A DNA stretch of 64,000 bases from Vicinamibacterales bacterium. Lineage in GTDB: Bacteria; Acidobacteriota; Vicinamibacteria; Vicinamibacterales; UBA2999. Shown piece after piece: positions 16,839-27,476 of the stretch. The DNA is taken from contig DASROF010000112.1 in assembly GCA_035647075.1 (NCBI GenBank), positions 12,021-76,020 on the forward strand. The letters are read 5' to 3'. The notes under the pieces were generated by a model. It worked only from the letters and a program-made list of their open reading frames with translations. It searched no databases and was not told the DNA's origin. Every line of letters begins with the position of its first letter. The stretch's first letter is position 1. Position numbers and translations under genes: made by a program.

Positions 16839-17879
16839 TCAGAAGATGCTGACCTTCACATTCAGGTACTTCTTCGGATCGGCTGAAATCGCCGCGATCA
16901 GCTTCCGCAACTCAGCCATCGTGGCGTTCATGTTCTCATACAACTGTTTGTCGTGGAGCAGTTGCCCGGCCGTCCCTTCGCCTTTCTGTAATGCCGCGGT
17001 GACCTGATCCATTCGGTTCACCATCGAATTCATCCGGTCATACAGCTCGCGTTCGGTGAGCAACGCGCCAGCGGTTCCCTGTCCTTTACTGAGCCGGGTG
17101 GTGATCGTATCGACGTTTGCCGACATCGACGTCAGGTTGCGGCTGAGAGTATCGTCGGTGAGAAACTTTCCCAGCGTGCCCTCGCCGGCGCGGATGCGGC
17201 CCGTCACATCCTGCAGGTTCTGCATGGCCCCTTCGAGGGCCTGCGCAGCGGCCGGATTGGTCGCCAGGCGGCCGATCGTGCCGCGGCCCGCGTTGACGTT
17301 TTGCGCCACCTCCTCTGCCGCACCGACCAGCGCATTCAGTTCGCGATAGAGTGCGTCGTTGGTGAACAGCTGCCCGATGGTGCCCCGGCCGGCACGGACG
17401 TCAGACAGGACTGCAGTCAGCTGTTCGATCCCCTCGGTCGCCTGGCTCGCAACGTCTGTGAGCGATCCCGGGGCCTTTGCTGACTTCACATATCCCCCCT
17501 CCGGGATCGGCGTGCCGTGACTGGCGGAACTGATATCGACGGCGGCCTCGCCGAGCAGCGATACGGAACCCAGCACGGCCACCGATTCAGTGGTGATCAG
17601 GGAACGATACTTTTCGTTCACCTTCATCGACACATCGACGCGATCGCCGTTGAACGTTGTTTCAGTGACGGATCCGACTTCGACGCCGGCGACCCGTACG
17701 GGCGCTCCCCTCTTCAATCCGGCGATGTTGTCGAACTTGGTCTTCAGGAGGTACTGCTGCCAGGAAAAGCCGCCTTCGCCGCTGAGCAGAAAGACCAGGG
17801 CGATCGTCATGCCGATCGCGAAGATCGAGATAAGGCCAATCTTCAACTCGGCCCAGGCTAATGAACGTGTTCGTGGCAT
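16839..17879 (-). CDS. mlaD: MlaD/MCE-family protein with extended repeat-containing C-terminus
   Basis: 346 aa. N-terminal TM, an MCE domain (VRVAGVEVGSV...), then five 34-aa repeats. Confidence 0.8.
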   Translation of the reverse strand: MPRTRSLAWAELKIGLISIFAIGMTIALVFLLSGEGGFSWQQYLLKTKFDNIAGLKRGAPVRVAGVEVGSVTETTFNGDRVDVSMKVNEKYRSLITTESVAVLGSVSLLGEAAVDISSASHGTPIPEGGYVKSAKAPGSLTDVASQATEGIEQLTAVLSDVRAGRGTIGQLFTNDALYRELNALVGAAEEVAQNVNAGRGTIGRLATNPAAAQALEGAMQNLQDVTGRIRAGEGTLGKFLTDDTLSRNLTSMSANVDTITTRLSKGQGTAGALLTERELYDRMNSMVNRMDQVTAALQKGEGTAGQLLHDKQLYENMNATMAELRKLIAAISADPKKYLNVKVSIF

Positions 17880-17916
17880 AACTGTTTCCCTTTACCTGCG
17901 CGGAAGGCGTTCCGGC

Positions 17917-18759
17917 TCACGACAGAAACTCCCGGATGTACGCATCCTGTGCCGCCCGTAGCTCCGCGGCGTTACCTTCGAAGGCCACCACACCCTCTCG
18001 CAGCATGATGAACTCGGCCTCATCGGCCTTTGCGGCGCCGGCCCGTTTCATGCGGAACCCGGAGCCCTCTCGGATTGCCTCGTGATCCGCCACGAAAAAC
18101 GCGTCGCGAAGCTGATGCGTCACGATGATGGAGCTGACCCCTTCGAGATCTCGGAGCTTGACCATCTCTTCGTCGATCGTGGTCGCGGTGATCGGATCGA
18201 GGCCGGTCGTGGCTTCGTCGTACAGCAGGATGCCCGGCCTCGCGGCGATCGCGCGGGCAATCGCGACGCGCCGTCGCTGCCCTCCTGAAAGCTCGGACGG
18301 GCGTCGATCGATGAACTCGTCGAGTCGCACGAACCCGAGCACCTCTTTGACGCGGCTCCGGATCTCATCGACCGGCAGCGTGGTCTCTTCGTACAGCTTG
18401 TAGCCGACGTTTTCCTCCACTGTCAGCGAGTCGAAGAGGGCCCCCTCCTGAAAGACCATACCGAGATCGGCACGGACCTTCATCAGCTCGCGCTCCCCCA
18501 TGCTGTCCACACGCTCGCCGTTGACGGAGACCGTGCCGCCATCGGGCTTCAAGAGGCCCAGGATCAATTTCAGGATCGTGGACTTCCCCGATCCGCTCGC
18601 GCCCAGGATGATCTTGGTGTGGCCTGGCAGCAGTGAAAAGGTGACGTCGCGAAGAATCACCTTCTCGTCGAACGCGAGGTGCACGCGGTCGAGGACGATC
18701 ACCGGTTGCTCGGAGTCGCGAGCGGTCGTCGTCGGCGCGTTCAGGGTCTGTACGGCCAT
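17917..18759 (-). CDS. mlaF: ABC transporter ATP-binding protein (MlaF-like)
   Basis: 280 aa. Walker A GASGSGKST, signature LSGGQRRRVAIARA, Walker B ILLYDEATTGLD. Confidence 0.85.
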   Translation of the reverse strand: MAVQTLNAPTTTARDSEQPVIVLDRVHLAFDEKVILRDVTFSLLPGHTKIILGASGSGKSTILKLILGLLKPDGGTVSVNGERVDSMGERELMKVRADLGMVFQEGALFDSLTVEENVGYKLYEETTLPVDEIRSRVKEVLGFVRLDEFIDRRPSELSGGQRRRVAIARAIAARPGILLYDEATTGLDPITATTIDEEMVKLRDLEGVSSIIVTHQLRDAFFVADHEAIREGSGFRMKRAGAAKADEAEFIMLREGVVAFEGNAAELRAAQDAYIREFLS

Positions 18760-18761
18760 CG

Positions 18762-19535
18762 CTAGTACAGCACCCCGATAAGCAAACGCGTCACGAAGAA
18801 GTCCACGGCAATCACGGCTACCGATGCCGCGACGACGGCGGCTGTCGTGGCCCGGCCGACGCCCTGCGTTCCACCCTTCGTCCTCAGGCCAACGTGGCAG
18901 CCGATCGTGACGATGGCGTAACCGAGACAGAACGGCTTCACCAATCCCATGATCGCATCGTCGAAGTACAGCCCCTCGATGATCGACGACCAGTAGAGGC
19001 TCGAGGCAACGCGGAGCTGAAAGACGGCGATCAGCCAGCCGCCAAGGATGCCCACGGTGTTCGCGATGACCGTGAGCACCGGAGCCATAAAGAAACCGGC
19101 GAGTACCCGCGGCACAACAAGCTTGCGAATCGGATCGGTGCCGAGCGCCCGCAGCGCGTTGATCTGGTCGGTCACCACCATCGACCCGAGTTCAGCCGCG
19201 ATGCCGGACCCGATGCGTCCGGCCAGCATCAGCCCGGTGAGCACCGGCCCCAGTTCCTTGATCATGGAGGCACTGATCAGCCGTCCCACGAACGGGCGAG
19301 CGCCGAACTGGTCCAGCGTAATGCCCGTCTGTAGTGCCAGGACCGCGCCCGTGAAGAAGCCCGTCAGGATGACGACCGTCAACGAGCCGATGCCAATCTG
19401 TTCGAACTGCTCGATTACATCGTGGAAGTAGAACGGGCGCGACACGGCGCCGCGGATGGTTGCCACTTGCAAGCGCACGTACTCCTGCACTTCGAGCACG
19501 CCCGCTTTCAACCACTGATTGATCGTGTCGATCAC
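18762..19535 (-). CDS. mlaE: ABC transporter permease (MlaE-like)
   Basis: 257 aa, multi-TM, with MlaE-like conserved stretches (ELGPVLTGLMLAGRIGSGIAAELGSM). Confidence 0.85.
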   Translation of the reverse strand: MIDTINQWLKAGVLEVQEYVRLQVATIRGAVSRPFYFHDVIEQFEQIGIGSLTVVILTGFFTGAVLALQTGITLDQFGARPFVGRLISASMIKELGPVLTGLMLAGRIGSGIAAELGSMVVTDQINALRALGTDPIRKLVVPRVLAGFFMAPVLTVIANTVGILGGWLIAVFQLRVASSLYWSSIIEGLYFDDAIMGLVKPFCLGYAIVTIGCHVGLRTKGGTQGVGRATTAAVVAASVAVIAVDFFVTRLLIGVLY

Positions 19536-19539
19536 CCGG

Positions 19540-21558
<2,019 letters not shown>

Positions 21559-21566
21559 GCAGCAGT

Positions 21567-22478
21567 TTACCGGGAGGGCTTGTATGGGCCGAAGTACCCC
21601 TTCCGTGTCTGAATCTTCGAACCCTTCAAGTCGGGCCGCCGCACCTTGATTTCGACCTTCCGCCAGCGTCCGTCCTGTGAACTGTTCGTGGAGACGTAGC
21701 CGACCGTGTACTGGGCGCGCAGCTGCGTCAGAATCCGATCGTACGCAGTCTCAATCTCTTTCATATTCAACGGGAAGAAAGCCTCGCCGCCGGTTTCTTC
21801 CGCGAGTCGGCTGAGCCGCATCTGCTGCTGATTCCGCGTCGAGAGCGACTGGTTCTGCATGAACCCCACCGGGTAGACCGTCACATCCGACCCGCGCAGC
21901 AGCGTGAGTACGTCCGTAAACCCGAGCACACTCCGCGTGTCGCCTCCATCCGTGAATATAACCAGGACCTTCCGGCCGTCCACATCATCTGTGCCGGTGA
22001 CATATTGACCCAGCGCGTCGTACATCGCTGTGTACCCATCGGGCTTCCGGCTCCTGATCCGCTCAACGATGCGCGGGAAGTCCTGCTGGCCGTACTTCGC
22101 GAGCCGCACCTCGGTGTCGAAATCGACCAGGGTGATGTCTTTCGCCTCAGGCAGCGCGTTCAGAAACTTGATGGCAGCCGTGCGGGCCGTGGAGATGTCG
22201 GCAGTCATGCTGCCGCTGGTATCGAACATGATCCCGACATGGAGGTCGGGGGCCGCGTCGGTCTCGTTCCCGCGGATGAAATACTTCAGCGTCTGCGGCT
22301 TGCCGTCCTCGAGGATCTCGAAGTCCTCGGCGGTGAGATCGGTCAGAAATGTGCCCCGCTTGTCCGTCACCGTGACACCGAAGCTCACCAGGTCGGTCTC
22401 CGCCCTGAACACGACCTGGGCGGAGGCGCGTGCGAATGACGCCGACAAAACGGTCGCCACAATCAACGCGCGGAGCAT
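21567..22478 (-). CDS. Secreted VWA-domain protein (VWFA-related, acidobacterial type)
   Basis: 303 aa with a signal peptide. MIDAS-like DTSGSM and C-terminal [14 protein letters not shown]...R.GY, typical of this family. Confidence 0.75.
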   Translation of the reverse strand: MLRALIVATVLSASFARASAQVVFRAETDLVSFGVTVTDKRGTFLTDLTAEDFEILEDGKPQTLKYFIRGNETDAAPDLHVGIMFDTSGSMTADISTARTAAIKFLNALPEAKDITLVDFDTEVRLAKYGQQDFPRIVERIRSRKPDGYTAMYDALGQYVTGTDDVDGRKVLVIFTDGGDTRSVLGFTDVLTLLRGSDVTVYPVGFMQNQSLSTRNQQQMRLSRLAEETGGEAFFPLNMKEIETAYDRILTQLRAQYTVGYVSTNSSQDGRWRKVEIKVRRPDLKGSKIQTRKGYFGPYKPSR

Positions 22479-22489
22479 GGATGATGATC

Positions 22490-25400
22490 TTATACGCGTG
22501 CGATCTCTGAAGCCATCTGCTTGACCCGGCGGAGGTCGGTCTTTCCGGTGCCCAGCGCCGGGATTGCCTCGATGTAATGCATGTCTTCACGTTTTGGTAG
22601 CCACAAGCGCGGCATGTCGGTCTCGCACAGACGTTCCCAGAGCCGTTGCGGCGTCACCGCTGGATCCGTGTAAAACGCAACGAGCCGCTCTCCACGCGAC
22701 TCATCGGGCGCGGAGGTCACCACGCAGGTGTGCGGCTCGGTCAGCAGGGCGTTCAGCGACTCCTCAATCTTGATATGGGGCACCATCTCGCCGCCCAGCT
22801 TGCTGAACCGCGAGAGACGGTCGGTGATTCGAATGAACCCGTCCTCATCCATTGCGGCGATGTCGCCGGTCACATACCAGTTCTCGCGAATCACCTCGGC
22901 GGTTCGCGCCGGCTCGCCAAGATATCCCAACATCCGGCTGGGTCCTTTCACCAGCAGTAACCCCTCTTTGTTGAACAACGGCCCCTCGAACGTCTCGGGA
23001 TCGACAACCTTCGCGGCGATGCCGGGCAGGGTGTGCCCTACCGTGCCCGGACGTGATCCGCGCTGCCTGATCGACCCGTCCTGGACGTCCGGAACATTCG
23101 CGGCGACAACAGGCGCCATCTCGGTGCAACCGTAACCTTCAAGCAACGTCACGCCGAACTTTTCGCGGAACGCGTCGGCAATCGCCGGCCGCAGCTTCTC
23201 AGCGCCCACCACCGCGTAGCGGATGTGCGCGAACTGCTTCGGTTCGCACTTGCGCACATACGACTGACAGAACGTCGGCGTGCTCATCAGGATCGTGCCT
23301 TTGTACCGTTCCGTCAGGTCGCCAATCGTCTTTGCATCCATCGGATTCGGGTGAAACGCGGTGCCGAAGCCGGTGAGAAGGGGGAACCACAGTGTGCCGG
23401 TGTAGCCGAACGCATGGAAGAGCGGCAGGACGCCGATCATGACGTCGCTCCGCCGCATATCGAACACCTGTGCCACCGCGTGGACATTCGCCAGAACGTT
23501 GCGATGCGTGAGCTGAACGCCCTTCGGAGTTCCAGTGCTGCCGCTCGAGAAGATGATGGCGGCAGGCTTCTCGCTGTGTGAACGTCGTCCGTATTTCAGG
23601 ACCAGCGCCCGCACTGGCAGCAGCCGCGCGATCAGTAGCATGCGAAGCTTTGCCGTCGTCGTGAACGTTGGAAGAACGTCCTCGAGCATCACCATGCCAG
23701 GCATTTCGGCGATGTCGGCCTTCGCGAGGAAACGCTTCGACGTCAGGATCGTCCGGATGCCGGCGCGCTCGACGGCGTACGACATGTTCTGCGCGCCAGC
23801 GGTGAAATTGAGATTCACCGCGATCTTGCCCGCCAGCGCAGTCGCAACGTTCGCGAGCGCACCGCCGGCCGACGCGGGCAGGAGGAGACCAACCGTGTCG
23901 CCCGGCGCGTTCTTGCGGAGCCATTGGCCGAGCAGCAGGCTGCTCACCAGGGCGCGCCCGAACGTGAGCGACAGGCCGGAGGAATCGGCGATGCAGAAGG
24001 CGCCCCACTGCCGTCTGGCCGTTCGAATGAACGTCGAGGCGAGAGTCTCGTGCGCACCGTGGCGCTCGCCCGCACTGTCCGAGCCGAGTTCCATGACCGC
24101 GAGCCGCACCTCTGGCGCTGTGGCGCTCGCCGGCAGCGGCGCGCCGAACGCTACGGTCACGCTATACGGAATGCGACGAGGCCACTTCCAGAAGAACCTG
24201 CCCCGTTCGTAGCTGAAGATGCTGCCCCAGACCCGGTCGATGTAGACCGGAATGACGGGAACATCGAGCCCGCCGGCGATGCGTTCGAGTCCACGCCTGA
24301 ACGGCAGCAGGTTCGCCGTCCGGCTGATCTCCCCTTCCGCGAAGATGCAGACGACGTGACCGCCTTCCAGTTCCTTGCGCGCACGCTCGAGCGACGCCAC
24401 GGCGTCGCGGCCGGCGGCCACCGGAATCGCGTGGATCCGCGACAGGAACCAGTGCATCGCTGGCTTTTCGAAATACGGGCGATACACCAGAAAACGGACG
24501 AAGCGCTGGACGCAGGCACCGACGAGGAACCCATCCACGTGCGACATGTGGTTGCACACGAGCAGCGCGGGACCGCGGGACGGCACGTGCTGCTGCCCGA
24601 TGATTCGGATGCGATACACCGTGTGCGTCAGCAGCCACAGACTGAAGCGGACGAAGAATTCCGGAACGCGCGCCAGCACGTAGACGCTGCCCGCAATCGT
24701 GACCAGACCGCTGACGGCAAACACCCGTTCGGGCGAGAGCTTCAGGATGTCGGTGGCGACATACAGCACTCCGGACGCGAGCAGGATCCCAACCATGTTC
24801 AGGAAGCTGTTCGTCGCCAGCAGGCGTCCCTTCTCTTGCGCATCGGGCCGCTGCTGCAGCATCGCGTTCAGCGGGACCGCGAACAGCCCGCCGGAGAATC
24901 CAATCAGGGTCAGGCAGGCACTCGCGCGGATGAACGAGTCGCCCGAAGCCGCCAGCAACAGCGAACACACCCCCATGCCGAAGGCGCCAATCGGCACGAG
25001 CCCGAGTTCCACCTTGTCTCCAGACAGTCGGCCGGCTGCCATGCTCCCGGTGCCGATGCCGACGGCGGCAAATGTCATCAGGACGCCGACCCAGCGAGCA
25101 TCCAGACCCATCGTATGCGTGCCGAAGAGAAGCGCGAGCTGCTGCAAGAGCGCGCCGAAGAACCAGAAGTACGACAGCCCGATCACGCTGGGCCACAGCA
25201 CGCGGTCGCTCCACAGGCGCGCGATACCGTCACGGATCTCTCCAAAAGGGTTCCAATCGAACGCCTGTTGCGAACCGGCTGGGAGTACGCGGCGGATCCG
25301 GAAGCTTGCAAGCATTCCGAGCACGGCGAGCGTCAGCGCCATCAGGCCAATCAACCAGAGCCTGGTGCGCCACTGGTCGAACAGAAAGCCGCCTGCTGCG

Positions 25401-25873
25401 GTGCCGATGACGATGGCGACGAACGTGCTCATCTCGAGCAATCCGTTCGCGCGCGATAACTCGGCTTCAGGAAGCGTCTCGGGCAGAATCCCGTACTTCG
25501 CGGGGCTGAAGAACGTCGAATGCAACGCCATCAGGAAGACGACAACCGCTGCTGCTTCGAGATGTCCCGCGGCCAGGGCAATCATGCCGACCGCCATGAC
25601 CCCCACCTCGAGGCACTTCGTGATGACGAGGATCGTCCGCTTGCTGTAGCCGTCAGCCAGCTGTCCGGCGTAGCCGGAAAACAGCAGAAACGGCAGGATG
25701 AACAGCGCGTTGACCAGCGCCACCGCGCGACCCTCATCCGCTGCCGCCGCGCTGCCAACAGCCAGAAGCGTGACGACAATCTTGAACAGATTGTCGTTCA
25801 CGGCCCCCAGAAACTGTGTCCACAGGAACGGCTGGAAGCCCGGCTGTCGAATGGTGTTGCGGTAGCTGCTCAC
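22490..25873 (-). CDS. Tri-domain fusion: MFS lysophospholipid transporter (LplT-like) + PlsC-type acyltransferase + acyl-ACP synthetase/AMP-binding domain (Aas-like)
   Basis: 1127 aa. The N-terminal ~400 aa are multi-TM MFS. The acyltransferase H-box is NHMSHVDG. The AMP-binding motifs are IIFSSGSTGTPKGV, YGCTE and TGD...DEDGF. Confidence 0.85.
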   Translation of the reverse strand: MSSYRNTIRQPGFQPFLWTQFLGAVNDNLFKIVVTLLAVGSAAAADEGRAVALVNALFILPFLLFSGYAGQLADGYSKRTILVITKCLEVGVMAVGMIALAAGHLEAAAVVVFLMALHSTFFSPAKYGILPETLPEAELSRANGLLEMSTFVAIVIGTAAGGFLFDQWRTRLWLIGLMALTLAVLGMLASFRIRRVLPAGSQQAFDWNPFGEIRDGIARLWSDRVLWPSVIGLSYFWFFGALLQQLALLFGTHTMGLDARWVGVLMTFAAVGIGTGSMAAGRLSGDKVELGLVPIGAFGMGVCSLLLAASGDSFIRASACLTLIGFSGGLFAVPLNAMLQQRPDAQEKGRLLATNSFLNMVGILLASGVLYVATDILKLSPERVFAVSGLVTIAGSVYVLARVPEFFVRFSLWLLTHTVYRIRIIGQQHVPSRGPALLVCNHMSHVDGFLVGACVQRFVRFLVYRPYFEKPAMHWFLSRIHAIPVAAGRDAVASLERARKELEGGHVVCIFAEGEISRTANLLPFRRGLERIAGGLDVPVIPVYIDRVWGSIFSYERGRFFWKWPRRIPYSVTVAFGAPLPASATAPEVRLAVMELGSDSAGERHGAHETLASTFIRTARRQWGAFCIADSSGLSLTFGRALVSSLLLGQWLRKNAPGDTVGLLLPASAGGALANVATALAGKIAVNLNFTAGAQNMSYAVERAGIRTILTSKRFLAKADIAEMPGMVMLEDVLPTFTTTAKLRMLLIARLLPVRALVLKYGRRSHSEKPAAIIFSSGSTGTPKGVQLTHRNVLANVHAVAQVFDMRRSDVMIGVLPLFHAFGYTGTLWFPLLTGFGTAFHPNPMDAKTIGDLTERYKGTILMSTPTFCQSYVRKCEPKQFAHIRYAVVGAEKLRPAIADAFREKFGVTLLEGYGCTEMAPVVAANVPDVQDGSIRQRGSRPGTVGHTLPGIAAKVVDPETFEGPLFNKEGLLLVKGPSRMLGYLGEPARTAEVIRENWYVTGDIAAMDEDGFIRITDRLSRFSKLGGEMVPHIKIEESLNALLTEPHTCVVTSAPDESRGERLVAFYTDPAVTPQRLWERLCETDMPRLWLPKREDMHYIEAIPALGTGKTDLRRVKQMASEIARV

Positions 25874-25968
25874 ACTGATTCCTACCGGTTCAGGGCCCAG
25901 ACGTTACACTCAACTGTGCAATTACGGGCGATTCGCCGTCTCTACCCGGGTCGTTGCCGAAGCGGGAG

Positions 25969-25974
25969 TATAAT
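25969..25974 (+). promoter_or_regulatory. Consensus TATAAT box about 50 nt upstream of the DHH phosphoesterase gene
   Basis: Read directly, and unusual in GC-rich DNA. No good -35 at 16-18 nt. Confidence 0.25.
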
Positions 25975-26025
25975 TAACGTTTCGACGCGGCGTGCCGTTC
26001 CGCGCATGGGAGTTCCGAGCCTCAG

Positions 26026-27453
26026 ATGAGGTGTCTCGCCGTCTGCCAGACTGAACTGGCGATCAGGATGCTCGATGAAATCCTGTTGCCGAGTTTCGAA
26101 GTCGAGTTCCTGGTCGAAAGTAAACCGGTCGCGCGACGACTCCACGAAAGCGGTCTCAACGTCACCGGCGCCGATCTCCGCCGCACCGATACCTACCTCA
26201 AAGCAGACCTGACCCCGGGGACCTGCGTCGTCGTTGAAGACAACGGCAAACGCAGCCTCAAGAAGATTCTCGAAGCGATCTGGGATGCTGGAGGCACGCT
26301 CGTCTATGTCCTCGGAATCGGCGCCCCCCACACCCGCAAGCGTGAAGACGACCTCAAGGCGCAGTTTCCCGAGCTGAACTATCTGGCGCTCTCGGAACTG
26401 TTCGGCGGACCGCTCCTCACCGAGTTCAGTCGCTCACTGACCCGGCTCAAGGTCCAGCAGTATCAGCGCTTCTTCACCGACGCCGACCGCGTCGTCATCG
26501 TCCTGCACAACGATCCGGACCCTGATGCCATGGCGAGCGGGCTCGCCCTGCGTAACGTGCTGCGCCGCACAAAACAGACGGCGGTGCTCGGTGCATTACA
26601 GGGGGTCACGCGTCCCGAGAACCAGCGGATGATGAATCTGCTCGACATCCAGGTTGAAATCCTTGCGCCGGAGCAGATCCTGAGCTTCGATCGGATAGCC
26701 ATGGTGGACGTCCAGCCCCATGCCTTCCGTGGCCTGATCGATCGGGTGGACCTGGTCATCGACCATCATCCGGAACAGCCCGGATACACGTCGGTTTACA
26801 AAGACATCCGTGCGGACTATGGCTCGACGTCGACGATCCTGACTGAGCATCTGCGGGCCATCGACGTGAACATCTCGGAACGCACGGCCACCGCGATGCT
26901 CTACGCGATTAAGTCCGACACGCTGTTTTTCAACAGGCAGGCAAACCGCGTCGACATCGAGGCGTTCTCGTATCTCTATCCACTCGCGGACGCGACCCTG
27001 ATCCGCAAGATGGAAGGCGCGGAAATCACGCTGGACCGCCTCGAGTTCGTCCTGAAGGCGAAGCAGCAGGGCCGGATGGAAGAGCAGGTGTTCTGTGCGT
27101 TCCTCGGCAACTCGCCACGAGAAGACTTCATTCCTTACGTGGCGGACTTTTATCTGCAGCTCGAAGATGTGAAGTGGACGATCGTTTCCGGGATTGTCAA
27201 CGATTCGCTGGTGATGTCGGTGCGTAATCTCGGCTATTCACGTAACGCCGGCGACTTCGTCAGGAAGTACTTCAACGACATCGGCAGCGCGGGTGGGCAC
27301 CGCTCGATGGCCAAGGCAGTCGTTCCGCTTCGTGCCTTCCGCGACAAATTCGGGAACCTGCAGGCCGACCAGTTCACCGAAAAAGTGCTCAGGCTGGCGC
27401 TCGATTTTTTGCATGAGCACCAGCCTGGCGACAAGAAGCTGGTTAAGGCGTAG
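26026..27453 (+). CDS. DHH/DHHA1-family phosphoesterase with N-terminal Rossmann-like regulatory domain
   Basis: 475 aa. HNDPDPDAMAS (DHH motif I/II region), DHHP, GGH near the C-terminus. Confidence 0.75.
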   Translation: MRCLAVCQTELAIRMLDEILLPSFEVEFLVESKPVARRLHESGLNVTGADLRRTDTYLKADLTPGTCVVVEDNGKRSLKKILEAIWDAGGTLVYVLGIGAPHTRKREDDLKAQFPELNYLALSELFGGPLLTEFSRSLTRLKVQQYQRFFTDADRVVIVLHNDPDPDAMASGLALRNVLRRTKQTAVLGALQGVTRPENQRMMNLLDIQVEILAPEQILSFDRIAMVDVQPHAFRGLIDRVDLVIDHHPEQPGYTSVYKDIRADYGSTSTILTEHLRAIDVNISERTATAMLYAIKSDTLFFNRQANRVDIEAFSYLYPLADATLIRKMEGAEITLDRLEFVLKAKQQGRMEEQVFCAFLGNSPREDFIPYVADFYLQLEDVKWTIVSGIVNDSLVMSVRNLGYSRNAGDFVRKYFNDIGSAGGHRSMAKAVVPLRAFRDKFGNLQADQFTEKVLRLALDFLHEHQPGDKKLVKA

Positions 27454-27476
27454 GCACCCCTTACGGGCCCACGCTT

